A DNA stretch of 40,607 nt, from assembly GCA_028817665.1 (NCBI GenBank), contig JAPPPF010000221.1, positions 1 to 40,607 of the forward strand, written 5' to 3'. The position numbers were made by a program, and so were the translations under genes. Positions within the stretch are counted from its first letter, which is position 1, and each line of letters starts with the position of its first letter. This DNA is from Magnetovibrio sp. (lineage in GTDB: Bacteria; Pseudomonadota; Alphaproteobacteria; Rhodospirillales; Casp-alpha2). Under the pieces are notes generated by a model that was given only the letters and a program-made list of their open reading frames with translations, was not told the origin of the DNA and searched no databases. Positions 8,060 through 17,114 of the stretch are shown here, piece by piece.

Positions 8060-11055
8060 GCGCGCAGCCCTATCGCAACGCCGAGGGCGGCCGCGTCGAC
8101 CGCCGCCGGCCCGTCGGCTTCACCTTCGACGGCAAGCGCTACCAGGGCTACGCCGGCGACACCCTGGCCGCCGCGCTCCTGGCGAACGGCGTCCGGCTGG
8201 TCGGGCGCAGCTTCAAGTACCACCGGCCGCGCGGCATCGTCGGCGCCGGCAACGAGGAGTCGAACGCCCTGGTGCAGCTCGGCACGGGCGCCCGCACCGA
8301 GCCGAACCTCCCGGCCACCCGCGTCGAGCTCTACGAGGGCCTCGAGGCGACGAGCCAGAACCGCTGGCCCAGCCTGAATTTCGACGTCGGCGCCATCAAC
8401 GCCCTGATGCACCGGCTGTTCCCGGCGGGCTTCTACTACAAGACCTTCATGTGGCCGGCCAAGCTCTGGCCGCTTTACGAACACGCCATCCGCCACATCG
8501 CCGGCATGGGCCGCACGGCGACGGCGCCGGACCCGGACACCTACGCGCACCGCTTCCATCACTGCGACGTGCTGGTCTGCGGCGGCGGCCCCGCCGGGTT
8601 GGCCGCGGCACTGGCGGCGGCGCGCGCCGGCGCGCGCGTGGTGATCGCCGACGAGAACGCCGAGTGGGGCGGCATGCTCAGGAGCCGCACCGACGCCATC
8701 GACGGCCGCCCGGCCCTGGAATGGGTCGCCGACGCCGTCGCCGAACTCGCGCGGCTCCCCGAGGTCACCGTGCTGCCCCGGACCACCGTCGCCGGCTACT
8801 ACGACCACAACATGTTGGTCCTCGACGAACGCGTCGCCGACCACAAGCCGGCGCCCGCGAACCACGAGCCCCGCCACCGGCTGTGGCAGGTCCGCGCCCG
8901 CGAGGTGGTGCTGGCCACCGGCGCGCTGGAACGTCCCTTCGTGTTCGCCGACAACGACCGGCCCGGCGTCATGCTGACCTCGGCGGCCCAGCACTACGCC
9001 AACGCCCACGGCGTGCGCGCCGGCGGGAACGCCGTCGTCTTCGCCAACAATTCGTCGGCCTATCCGGCGGCCCGCGACCTGGCCGCCGCCGGTATCGGCA
9101 TCCAGGCCATCGTCGACGTCCGCGCCGAGGTGCCCGACGCCGACCGGGCCATGGCCCGCGGGATCGGCGCCGGGGTTCTGGCCGGCCACGCGGTGGTCGC
9201 GGCGCATGGCGCCAGGCAGGTGACATCGGTGACCGTCATGGCCCTCGACGCCGACGCCACCGGGGCCGTCGGCGAGCCCCGCGAGATCCTCTGCGACCTG
9301 GTCTGCCAGTCGGCGGGCTGGACGCCGAGCGTGCACCTGTTCTCGCAGTCGCGCGGCAAGCTCCGCTACGACGACGGCCTCACCGCCTTCGTCCCCGACC
9401 GCTCGTTCCAGCGCGAACGCTCGGCCGGCGCGGCCAAGGGCACCTTCGATCTCAAGGGCTGCCTGGCGGAAGGGTTCGCCGCCGGCGCGGCGGCGGCCAC
9501 CGCCGCCGGGTTCCCGGCTGCCGCGCCCGCGACGCCCGACTGCAGCGACGACACGGAGGTCCGGCCGCGCGCCATCTGGGCCGTGCCGCTGCCCGTGTTC
9601 CTGCACGGCAAGCGCTTCGTCGATCACCAGAACGACGTCACCGCCGAGGACGTCGGCCTCGCCTACCGCGAGGGCTACCGCTCGGTCGAGCACCTGAAGC
9701 GCTACACGACGCTCGGCATGGGCACCGACCAGGGGCGGACCTCCAACGTCAACGGCCTGGCGGTGATGGCCGGGCTGCGCTCCGACGCCATCCCGACCGT
9801 CGGCACCACCACCTTCCGCCAGCCGTTCACGCCGATCCCCATGGGCGCGGTGGCCGGCGCCCACGCCCACGCGGACGTCGCGCCGACCCGCGTCTCGGCA
9901 CTCTACGACTGGCACAAGGCGCACGGCGCGCCGTTCTCCACCGCCGGCTATTGGCTGCGCCCGCAGGGCTACCCCCGGGACGGCGAGACGCTCGCCCAGG
10001 CGACCCAGCGCGAGGCCCGGCACGTGCGCACGCATGTCGGCGTCGTCGATGTGTCGACGCTCGGCAAGATCGACCTGCAGGGGCGTGACGCGGCCGAGTT
10101 CCTGAACCGCCTCTACATCAACGGTTTCGCCAAGCTGGCCGTCGGCAAGTGCCGCTACGGGGTGATGCTGAGGGACGACGGCATGGTCTATGACGACGGC
10201 ACGGTGACCCGGATCGCCGAGCACCGCTACCTCGTCACCACCACCACGGTGCACGCCGGCGGCGTCATGAGCCACATGGAATACCTGGCCCAGGTCGAAT
10301 GGCCGGAGCTCGACGTGCGCATGATCTCGGTCACCGACGATTGGGCCGGCATCGCGATCGCCGGCCCCCGGGCCCGCGACGTGCTGGCCCGCCTCGCCGC
10401 CGCCGACATCGGCGACGCGGCGCTGCCGTTCATGGGTTACCTGGAGACCGACGTCGCCGGGGCGCCGGCGCGGCTGTTCCGGATCAGCTTCTCCGGCGAG
10501 CTCGCCTACGAGATCAACATGGCGCCGGCCCACATGCCGCACGTCTGGGAAGCGCTGCTCGCCGCCGGCGCCGACGACGGCATCATCGCCTACGGCACCG
10601 AGGCCATGAACGTCATGCGGATCGAGAAGGGCCACGTCGTCACCGGTGAGCTCAACGGCCGCACCACCGCCGGCGATCTCGGCTTCGGGCCGATGATGTC
10701 GAAGATCAAGCACTTCGTCGGCCAGCCATTGGCCGGCCGCGAGGGATTGGCCGAGGCGGGGCGCAAGCAGCTCGTCGGCCTGATGCCGACGGACGGCCGC
10801 ACGCCGATCCCCCGGGGCGCGCAGATCGTCGCCGACCCCGCCGCCCGGCCGCCCGTCGCCATGCTCGGCGAGGTCACCTCGCAATGCGTGAGCCCGAACC
10901 TCGGCCATCCCATCGGGCTGGGCCTTCTGGTGGACGGCCGCGCCCGCCACGGCGAGACCCTGAGCGCCCATTCGCCGCTGACCGGCGAGACGGTCGCGGT
11001 CACCGTCACCGATCCCGTGTTCATCGATCCCGAGGGAGAGCGGCTCCGTGGCTGA
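8056..11055 (+). CDS. soxA: sarcosine oxidase-type alpha subunit (with C-terminal GcvT-like folate-binding domain)
   Basis: GTG at 8056 overlaps the soxD stop (GTGA). FTFDGKRYQGYAGDTLAAALLANGVRLVGRSFKYHRPRG, dinucleotide fold DVLVCGGGPAGLAAAL, and C-terminal YGTEAMNVMRIEKGH. Only the last 1000 codons of the 1564-codon open frame are taken as the gene. Confidence 0.88.
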   Translation: MSAQPYRNAEGGRVDRRRPVGFTFDGKRYQGYAGDTLAAALLANGVRLVGRSFKYHRPRGIVGAGNEESNALVQLGTGARTEPNLPATRVELYEGLEATSQNRWPSLNFDVGAINALMHRLFPAGFYYKTFMWPAKLWPLYEHAIRHIAGMGRTATAPDPDTYAHRFHHCDVLVCGGGPAGLAAALAAARAGARVVIADENAEWGGMLRSRTDAIDGRPALEWVADAVAELARLPEVTVLPRTTVAGYYDHNMLVLDERVADHKPAPANHEPRHRLWQVRAREVVLATGALERPFVFADNDRPGVMLTSAAQHYANAHGVRAGGNAVVFANNSSAYPAARDLAAAGIGIQAIVDVRAEVPDADRAMARGIGAGVLAGHAVVAAHGARQVTSVTVMALDADATGAVGEPREILCDLVCQSAGWTPSVHLFSQSRGKLRYDDGLTAFVPDRSFQRERSAGAAKGTFDLKGCLAEGFAAGAAAATAAGFPAAAPATPDCSDDTEVRPRAIWAVPLPVFLHGKRFVDHQNDVTAEDVGLAYREGYRSVEHLKRYTTLGMGTDQGRTSNVNGLAVMAGLRSDAIPTVGTTTFRQPFTPIPMGAVAGAHAHADVAPTRVSALYDWHKAHGAPFSTAGYWLRPQGYPRDGETLAQATQREARHVRTHVGVVDVSTLGKIDLQGRDAAEFLNRLYINGFAKLAVGKCRYGVMLRDDGMVYDDGTVTRIAEHRYLVTTTTVHAGGVMSHMEYLAQVEWPELDVRMISVTDDWAGIAIAGPRARDVLARLAAADIGDAALPFMGYLETDVAGAPARLFRISFSGELAYEINMAPAHMPHVWEALLAAGADDGIIAYGTEAMNVMRIEKGHVVTGELNGRTTAGDLGFGPMMSKIKHFVGQPLAGREGLAEAGRKQLVGLMPTDGRTPIPRGAQIVADPAARPPVAMLGEVTSQCVSPNLGHPIGLGLLVDGRARHGETLSAHSPLTGETVAVTVTDPVFIDPEGERLRG

Positions 11056-11635
11056 CATCATCCCCGACCGCTCGGCGCTCGACGGCGTCTACCGCGAAGG
11101 CACCTACGGCGCCGAGCGCGCCGGCGGCCCCGCCGTGACCCTCGCCGAGCGCACCGGCCGGACGCTGATCCACCTTTCCGGCGACGTCGACGGCGCCGGG
11201 TTCCCGACGGCGGCGCGCCACGCCTTCGACCTGCCGCTGCCCCTGAACGCCGGCGAGACCCGCGACGGCGGCGCCACCCGGCTGATCTGGCTCGGCCCCG
11301 ACGCCTGGCTCGCCGCCTGCGAGGACGCGCCGGATCTTAGCGGGCTCGAAGGGCTCGCCGCCGTCAACGACGTCGCGCCGGGGCGCCGCGTCGTCCGGGT
11401 CTCGGGCCCCGACAGCCGCGCCCTGCTGGCCAATGGCTGCCCGCTCGATCTCCACCCGTCCGCGTTCCCCGCCGGCCACGCCGCGCAGACCCTGGTCGGG
11501 CACGTCACCGCGCTGGTCGACTGCGTCGCCGACGACACCTTCGAGGTCTACGTCACCCGCTCCTACGCCCGCTACTTCTGGGACTGGCTCACCGGCCAGG
11601 CGGCCGAGTTCGGCTACCGGGTGGCGGCGGCTTAA
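11048..11635 (+). CDS. soxG: sarcosine oxidase-type gamma subunit
   Basis: 195 aa, GTG start overlapping the soxA end by 8 nt. Size and position are as in soxBDAG operons. Confidence 0.75.
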   Translation: MADIIPDRSALDGVYREGTYGAERAGGPAVTLAERTGRTLIHLSGDVDGAGFPTAARHAFDLPLPLNAGETRDGGATRLIWLGPDAWLAACEDAPDLSGLEGLAAVNDVAPGRRVVRVSGPDSRALLANGCPLDLHPSAFPAGHAAQTLVGHVTALVDCVADDTFEVYVTRSYARYFWDWLTGQAAEFGYRVAAA

Positions 11636-11729
11636 CTTCCGTCAAAGCGGCGCCCGCGCGCCGGTCTAGGCGGCGACGGTCCCATAACATCCATCCCCAT
11701 CGCGCTTGAGACTGAAATCGGCCAGGTCG

Positions 11730-13469
11730 TTATTCCGCCGCCGCGTCGTCCAACAAGGTCTCACCCGGCTTCACCCGGGTGAACCGGACCGGTTCGCGGG
11801 CGGCGGTGATGGTGTCGCCCGTGAGCGTCACCTTGGTGAACCACGAGGTCTCGATGTCGCGGGCCTCGGGGAAATCTTCCCTGAAGTGCGCGCCCCGGGA
11901 ATCCTCGCGGGCTTCCGCCGCGGCGACGATGGCGCGGCTGACCAGGATGAGGTTCTTCAGGTTCATCCAGTCGTGCCAGGTGAGGTTGTAGGCCAGCACC
12001 TTGGCGTCGACGCCGGTCTCCATGAGCTCGGCTTCGAGACCGCCGAGGCCCGCCTCGGCGCGCTTCAGGCTCTCCGCGTCGCGGATGATGCCGCCGTCCT
12101 CCCACATGAGGTCGTGGAGGCGCGTGCGGATGCCTTCGAGGCCGCCCGGCCGCTTCGCGAACGGGTGCCGGCAGCCGTGGATGGCGGCGTCGATCACCTC
12201 GAGATTGGGGTCGCGGAGCGCGCCCGATCGGGGCGTCCATTCCGCCATGCTGTCGCCGGCCAGGCCGCCGAACACGGTCGAGTTGGCGACGCCGTTGCCG
12301 CCCAGGCGGTTGGCGCCGTGCACGCCCCCGGTGTCCTCGCCGGCGGCGAAGAGGCCCTCCATGGCCGTCGTGCAATCGACGTTGAACTCGACGCCGCCCA
12401 TCATGTAGTGCGCCGTGGGCACCACCTCGACGTCGCCGGAAACGAGATCGAAGCCGCAATCGGCGCAACGCTCGACCATGCCCTTGAACAGGCGCCGCAC
12501 CTCGGGCGCGTCCAGGTGCTTCATGGTGATGTAGAGGCCGCCGTTGGGGCCGGTGTTGCCGGCCCGCATCTCGGTGAACATGGCGCGGCTGACGATGTCG
12601 CGGGTGGCGCGCTCCTCGCGCTCGTCGTAGCGGGCCATGAAGCGCTGCTTGTCGCCGCCCAAGAGGTGCCCGCCGAAGCCGCGCAGGCCCTCCTCGATGA
12701 TGGTCCCGGTGATCCGCGTGTCGGGCCCGGCGATCAGGCCGGTGGGATGGAACTGCACCATCTCCATGTCGCGGAGCGCGAGGCCTGAGCGGAGCAGCAT
12801 GGCGAGCCCGTCGCAGCTCTTGTCCCCCGAGGGCGTGTGGTACTTGTACATGGTCGGGCCGCCGCCGGTGCCGACCAGGACGGCACGCGCCTTGACGAAC
12901 AGGAACTCGCCCGTCCGCATGTCGATCATCAGGACGCCGGAGATGGCGGCGCCGTCGGGCGTCGGCACCAGTTCGACGGCGCGGTGGTCCTCCAGGCGCT
13001 TCACGCCCCGGGCCCAGACCTGCTCGGCCAGCCGGTTGATGATCTCGATGCCGGTGAGGTCGCCCTTGTGCACGGTGCGGTCGAAGGTCTGCCCGGCGAA
13101 GGCCTTCTGGTGGATGGTGCCGTCCGGGTTGCGGTCGAAGTAGCACCCCAATTCGTTCTCCAGCTCACGGATGCGGATCTGCGACTGGGTCACCAGGGTC
13201 CAGGCCAGTTCCTGGTTGTTAAGCCACTTGCCGCCCTCGATGGTGTCCATGAAGTGGCGCTCGGCGGAATCGCCCTCGGCCAGCGCCACGTTGTAGCCGC
13301 CCTGGACCATCCGCGTGCAGCCGGTCTTGCCGAGCAAGCCCTTGACGCAGACCGTGACGTCCAGGTCGGGTTCGCCCTGCAGGGTGTGCAGCGCCGCGAA
13401 CAGCCCGGCGCCGCCCGAGCCCAGGATCAGGACGTCGGTCTCCAGCGTCGGGATGTCGCGGGGGCTCAT
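11730..13469 (-). CDS. succinate dehydrogenase/fumarate reductase-type flavoprotein (SdhA/FrdA/NadB superfamily), atypical
   Basis: 579 aa from ATG 13469 (ATGA overlap with the upstream stop). DVLILGSGGAG, QFHPTG, AHYMMGG, HGANRLGGNG and EDSRGAHFREDFPE are all present. Cys replaces the covalent-FAD His. Confidence 0.85.
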   Translation of the reverse strand: MSPRDIPTLETDVLILGSGGAGLFAALHTLQGEPDLDVTVCVKGLLGKTGCTRMVQGGYNVALAEGDSAERHFMDTIEGGKWLNNQELAWTLVTQSQIRIRELENELGCYFDRNPDGTIHQKAFAGQTFDRTVHKGDLTGIEIINRLAEQVWARGVKRLEDHRAVELVPTPDGAAISGVLMIDMRTGEFLFVKARAVLVGTGGGPTMYKYHTPSGDKSCDGLAMLLRSGLALRDMEMVQFHPTGLIAGPDTRITGTIIEEGLRGFGGHLLGGDKQRFMARYDEREERATRDIVSRAMFTEMRAGNTGPNGGLYITMKHLDAPEVRRLFKGMVERCADCGFDLVSGDVEVVPTAHYMMGGVEFNVDCTTAMEGLFAAGEDTGGVHGANRLGGNGVANSTVFGGLAGDSMAEWTPRSGALRDPNLEVIDAAIHGCRHPFAKRPGGLEGIRTRLHDLMWEDGGIIRDAESLKRAEAGLGGLEAELMETGVDAKVLAYNLTWHDWMNLKNLILVSRAIVAAAEAREDSRGAHFREDFPEARDIETSWFTKVTLTGDTITAAREPVRFTRVKPGETLLDDAAAE

Positions 13470-14077
13470 CCGCCGATGCCCATCTTGGCGAACACCTCGG
13501 CGCGGCGCGCCTGGCCGGTTTCCTTGACCTTGTCGTAGAGGCTGCCCCCATGGCTGTCCATGGCCACCCGAAGCGGCCCGAAGTCCTTGATATAGAACTG
13601 CCACAGGCTTTCCGGATTTAGATCGTCAAGGTAGACGTCGGTGATCTGCTCGATCCAGGTGGTCTCCAGCGCCGCGGTGCCGCCGATGATGGCGAGGTAG
13701 ACGCCGCCCAAGTCCCGGAAGGCGGCGCGCGAGTCCTCGCCCAGCCCGCCCTTGCCGATGATCATCCGGACCCCCTCGCGCTCCATCAGGGGCCGGGTGA
13801 AGCGTTCCATGCGCATGGACGTCGTGGTGCCGATGCAGATGCTCTCGTAACCGGCCGGGCAGCTGTTGGAGACCGGCACCTTCTTGGCGTTGGGCGCCGT
13901 GTGGATGACGGCGTGGCCGGCGAGATCCAGGCGGGTCTCGCGGGCGTGGTCGAACATGTGGATCTGGGTCGCGTCGCGGATGCCGAAGAGCCAGTCCTGC
14001 AGCGTCACCGTGTCGCCGGCCTTCAGTTTACGGACGTCGTCTTCCGTGCACGGCATGGTGATTTCGTGATGCGCCAT
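13466..14077 (-). CDS. Fe-S type (class I) fumarate/tartrate hydro-lyase, beta subunit-like
   Basis: 203 aa from ATG 14077, preceded by GGGAGGA. IIGKGGLG and LAIIGGTAAL motifs. Follows the alpha-type gene. Confidence 0.8.
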   Translation of the reverse strand: MAHHEITMPCTEDDVRKLKAGDTVTLQDWLFGIRDATQIHMFDHARETRLDLAGHAVIHTAPNAKKVPVSNSCPAGYESICIGTTTSMRMERFTRPLMEREGVRMIIGKGGLGEDSRAAFRDLGGVYLAIIGGTAALETTWIEQITDVYLDDLNPESLWQFYIKDFGPLRVAMDSHGGSLYDKVKETGQARRAEVFAKMGIGG

Positions 14078-14091
14078 GATGTGTCCTCCCC

Positions 14092-14967
14092 TCAGAACCC
14101 GAAGTCGACGCCGGCCGGCGTGAAGGTGGCCCGGGCGCGCCTGGCCGAATGGCACATGATGTTGACCGCGACCGGGTTCATGGTGATGTGGGTCGCCGCC
14201 GTTTCCACGTGCACGGCGAAGGCGGTGGAATCGCCGCCGAGCCCCTGCGGGCCGATGCCGAGACTGTTGACGGCGTCCGAAAGCTCGACCTCCAGCGCCG
14301 CGCCCTCCGGGTCCTCGCAGACCGAGCCCAAGGGCCGGCCGGCGGCGGTTTTCGCCAGCTTGGTGCAGAGGTCAGACGTGCCGCCGACGCCGACGCCGAC
14401 GATGGTCGGCGGGCAGACCCGGCCGCCGGCCTCGATGACCTTGTCGACGACGAAGGCCTTGATCCCGTTCACGCCCTCGGCCGGGATGCACATCTTCAGG
14501 AACGAGCCGTTCTCCGAGCCCGATCCCTTCGGCACCATCTCGATGACGACCTCGTTCTCGGCGTCGGAGAAGTCGATGCCGATCACCGGCACGCGGCGGC
14601 CGCACGACGTGTGCTCGTTCTCGCGCGTGATCGGGTGCACGACCGACGACCGGAGCGGATGCTCATGGGTCGCCCGGGTGCAGCCCCGGCGGATCGCCTC
14701 CTTCATGGCGTGGCCGTCCATCTCGACGCCGCGGCCGATGGTGACGTTGTAGATGGGGATGCCGGTGTCCTGGCACAGCAAGTTGTTGGTCTCCTCGGCG
14801 ACCTCGATGTTCTTGATCATGGTCGCCAGGATGGACTTGCCCGTGGGGTCGGTCTCCGACGCGTCCAAGCGCTTGAAGCCCTCCTTGATGTCGTCGGGCA
14901 GGACCTTCAGGGCCTGAATGTAGAGCTGCTTGGCCGCCTCCTCGACGGCTTCGAGATCGAGTTTCAT
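14092..14967 (-). CDS. Fe-S type (class I) fumarate/tartrate hydro-lyase, alpha subunit-like
   Basis: 291 aa from ATG 14967 (GGAG upstream; an in-frame GTG at 14976 is possible). LCQDTGIPI, KGSGSEN and RVCPPTIVGVGVGGTSD are cluster-ligand and family motifs. Confidence 0.8.
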   Translation of the reverse strand: MKLDLEAVEEAAKQLYIQALKVLPDDIKEGFKRLDASETDPTGKSILATMIKNIEVAEETNNLLCQDTGIPIYNVTIGRGVEMDGHAMKEAIRRGCTRATHEHPLRSSVVHPITRENEHTSCGRRVPVIGIDFSDAENEVVIEMVPKGSGSENGSFLKMCIPAEGVNGIKAFVVDKVIEAGGRVCPPTIVGVGVGGTSDLCTKLAKTAAGRPLGSVCEDPEGAALEVELSDAVNSLGIGPQGLGGDSTAFAVHVETAATHITMNPVAVNIMCHSARRARATFTPAGVDFGF

Positions 14968-14979
14968 CCTATCCACTCC

Positions 14980-15702
14980 TCAAATCACCAGGGTCAGGCC
15001 CGAGACGGCGAGCATCGCCAGGACCAACTTCCGGAACAATTGTTCGTTCAAGCGCCGATAGAGCGCGATGCCGACCACCGTGCCGACCAGGATCGCCGGC
15101 GCCCCCCACAGGAACCGTTCGCCGGTCTCCCAGGTGACCAGCCCGGCCCAGGCCATGGCCGCCAGCGACAGCACGTGCATGGCCAGGATGTAGGGCTGGG
15201 CGACACCGCGCGCCTGCTCCTTGGGCCAGCCGCGGAGCCCGCACCAGACGGCGGGCACGGCGCCGGACATGCCGGCGAGCCCGCCCAAGACCCCGCCGAT
15301 GCCGCCGGCGACCGCGTCCAAGGACTTGCCGCCGGCCTTGACCACCGGCGGGCGGGCGATCAGCAGCAAGCCGCCGCCGTAGAGGAAAAGGAGCGCGCCG
15401 ACGGCGAGGCGGAACGGCTCGGCCTCGATCTGCGCCAGCAGCCAGGTGCCCAAGGGCACGCCGAGCGCGCCCAATCCCAGGAACGGCGCCAGATACGTGA
15501 AATCGAGTTCCCGGTAGAGCCGGGCCAGGGCGATGACGTGGATAGTCAGCCCGGTCATCACGATCAGCGGCGCCGCCACGGTCGGCTCGAACACGTGCAG
15601 CCAGACGGCCGCCGCCACCAGCGCGTCGCCGAAGCCCGCGGCGCCGACCACGAAGGCCGCCAGGAAGGCGCCGAGCACCAGGATGTAGATCTCAGGCGGC
15701 AT
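14980..15702 (-). CDS. TauE/SafE-family anion (sulfite/sulfonate-type) exporter permease
   Basis: 240 aa, very hydrophobic, with two Gly-rich half repeats (VVGAAGFGDAL and GGIGGVLGGLAGMSGA). Its start overlaps the preceding anchor gene by 11 nt. Confidence 0.75.
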   Translation of the reverse strand: MPPEIYILVLGAFLAAFVVGAAGFGDALVAAAVWLHVFEPTVAAPLIVMTGLTIHVIALARLYRELDFTYLAPFLGLGALGVPLGTWLLAQIEAEPFRLAVGALLFLYGGGLLLIARPPVVKAGGKSLDAVAGGIGGVLGGLAGMSGAVPAVWCGLRGWPKEQARGVAQPYILAMHVLSLAAMAWAGLVTWETGERFLWGAPAILVGTVVGIALYRRLNEQLFRKLVLAMLAVSGLTLVI

Positions 15703-16033
15703 TGAGCAGATACACCAGTCCGATCACCAGACTGATGCCTCCCGTCAGCGCGACGATGGTCTTCTGGCCGTCCCGCCAGGGCAGGAATTCCAATGCCAGG
15801 AGCCGCAGCCCTCCGGTCAGGTGCGCGGCCAGGAGCAGGATCAACACGGTCTCGGCCAATTTCACCATCGGCATCTCGGCCCAGGCCAGGAAGCCGTCGA
15901 AGGCGGACGCCTTCTTGATCGCCAGGTAGAGCACCTGGAAATGCACCGGCAGGAACAGCGCCAGCAGCACGCCCGAGACCCGGTGCAGCACGAAGGCCCA
16001 ATAGTTGGGGTGGTCGCGGTGGCCGGCTTTCAT
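15692..16033 (-). CDS. SDH/FRD-type small hydrophobic membrane anchor (3 TM)
   Basis: 113 aa from ATG 16033 (TGATG junction). YWAFVLHRVSGVLLALFLPVHF resembles the SdhC HRxSG region. Three hydrophobic spans. Confidence 0.65.
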   Translation of the reverse strand: MKAGHRDHPNYWAFVLHRVSGVLLALFLPVHFQVLYLAIKKASAFDGFLAWAEMPMVKLAETVLILLLAAHLTGGLRLLALEFLPWRDGQKTIVALTGGISLVIGLVYLLNAA

Positions 16034-16392
16034 CACGCGCCTCCCAGCATGTAGAAGCGCCACGCGACCTTGAGGCCCAGGTAGGCGAGCAGCACGGCGG
16101 CCAGGAAACACAGCAGATCGACGCGCGTCTTGGGAAGCTTGGTCATCTCGTTCAGGATGGCGCGGAGCCCTATGGGCGCGTGCACGGTGACGGCGATCAC
16201 GAAGACCGAGTAGAAGGCGAACCAAGCCTCGGAACCGGCGACCCGGCCGATGATTTCGGCCGCCGAGAGCCCGCCCCGGACGGCGTAGACGATGGTGCCG
16301 AGGTGCACCGCGATGCAGACCGCCAGGACCATAGCGCTGACGCGCTGGGCCAACCACAGCCGGGCTTCCGTCTGAATGTTGGGCGCGCTCAT
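16033..16392 (-). CDS. SDH/FRD-type small hydrophobic membrane anchor (3 TM)
   Basis: 119 aa, ATGA overlap with the SdhB-like stop. Three hydrophobic spans with His residues (VHLGT, VHAPIG). Confidence 0.65.
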   Translation of the reverse strand: MSAPNIQTEARLWLAQRVSAMVLAVCIAVHLGTIVYAVRGGLSAAEIIGRVAGSEAWFAFYSVFVIAVTVHAPIGLRAILNEMTKLPKTRVDLLCFLAAVLLAYLGLKVAWRFYMLGGA

Positions 16393-17114
16393 TCCAGCTC
16401 TCCCTTGAGCGCCGCCAAGGCGGTGGCGCGCTTCAGTCCGGCGATGGATTGGGTCGGGTTGAGGTGCTTGACGCAGCGCTCAACGCAGCCCTGTTGCGAG
16501 TGGCAGGCGTGGCAGCCGGCGTCGCCGGCGACGGCCTTGAGACGCTGCTTGTCGGCGATGTCGCGGACGTCGTTGACCAGCGTCCAGGCGCGGTTCAACG
16601 CCGCCGGACCCAGGTAGTCCTGGTTCCAGGCGACGACGTCGCAACTGGCGTAGCAGACGCCGCAGCCGATGCATTCGATGCCGGCGCTGGCCCGGCGGCG
16701 CTTCGGACTGTCGGGCGAGACCTGGGCGAAATCGTCATCGCGGGTCTGGGCGCCCTGGAAGCGGCCCTCGGCGCGGGCCCACTTGTCGAAGAAGTCGGTC
16801 ATGTCCACCGACAGGTCCTTGATTACCTGAAGGTTGCGGAGCGGCGCCACCTCAAGGCGGCCGTCGCCGGCGACCTTCGAGACGTGGGTGCGGCAGGTCC
16901 AGCGCGGCTTGCCGTTCACGGTCATGGCGCAGGACCCGCAAACGCCGACCCGGCAGGCGAAGCGGTAGCTCAGCGTCGGGTCTATGTGACGCTGGATGTA
17001 GGTGACCACGTCGAGGACCGTCTGGCTCTCCTGGCGCGGCACCTCGAACTCCTGATAACGGCCGACGTCGCCGTCGCCGCGCCAGACCGATACGGTCAGT
17101 GTATCCCCGCTCAC
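16389..17114 (-). CDS. succinate dehydrogenase/fumarate reductase-type iron-sulfur subunit
   Basis: GTG 17114 forms a GTGA overlap with the upstream stop. CRVGVCGSCAM (2Fe-2S), CIGCGVCYASCD (4Fe-4S) and CHACHSQQGCVERCVKHLNP (third cluster, with one extra Cys). Confidence 0.85.
   Translation of the reverse strand: MSGDTLTVSVWRGDGDVGRYQEFEVPRQESQTVLDVVTYIQRHIDPTLSYRFACRVGVCGSCAMTVNGKPRWTCRTHVSKVAGDGRLEVAPLRNLQVIKDLSVDMTDFFDKWARAEGRFQGAQTRDDDFAQVSPDSPKRRRASAGIECIGCGVCYASCDVVAWNQDYLGPAALNRAWTLVNDVRDIADKQRLKAVAGDAGCHACHSQQGCVERCVKHLNPTQSIAGLKRATALAALKGELE

Noticed and set aside
6361-11055. Single 1564-codon open frame suggesting a giant protein
   Set aside because: The first ~565 codons are Arg/Pro/Gly-rich shadow sequence out of frame over soxB and soxD, which have clear family signatures. 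Real SoxA-like sequence begins at GTG 8056, overlapping the soxD stop.
7972-11061. 1029-aa minus-strand ORF
   Set aside because: It is antisense shadow of soxA: low-complexity Gly/Arg/Ala/Asp-rich text with no family signature.
11636-11729. Possible bidirectional terminator between the convergent soxG and SdhA-like genes
   Set aside because: Only short stems are present (GGCGC-CCGC-GCGCC nested in CCGTC...GACGG) and there is no U tract on either strand. This is not strong enough to annotate.
11730-17114. Interpreting the SdhA/B/C/D-like genes as the housekeeping succinate dehydrogenase
   Set aside because: Several features argue against it: gene order B-anchor-anchor-(TauE, fumarase-like alpha, beta)-A, the loss of the flavinylation His, and embedding in a GntR-controlled accessory operon. 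Without the rest of the genome this cannot be excluded completely.
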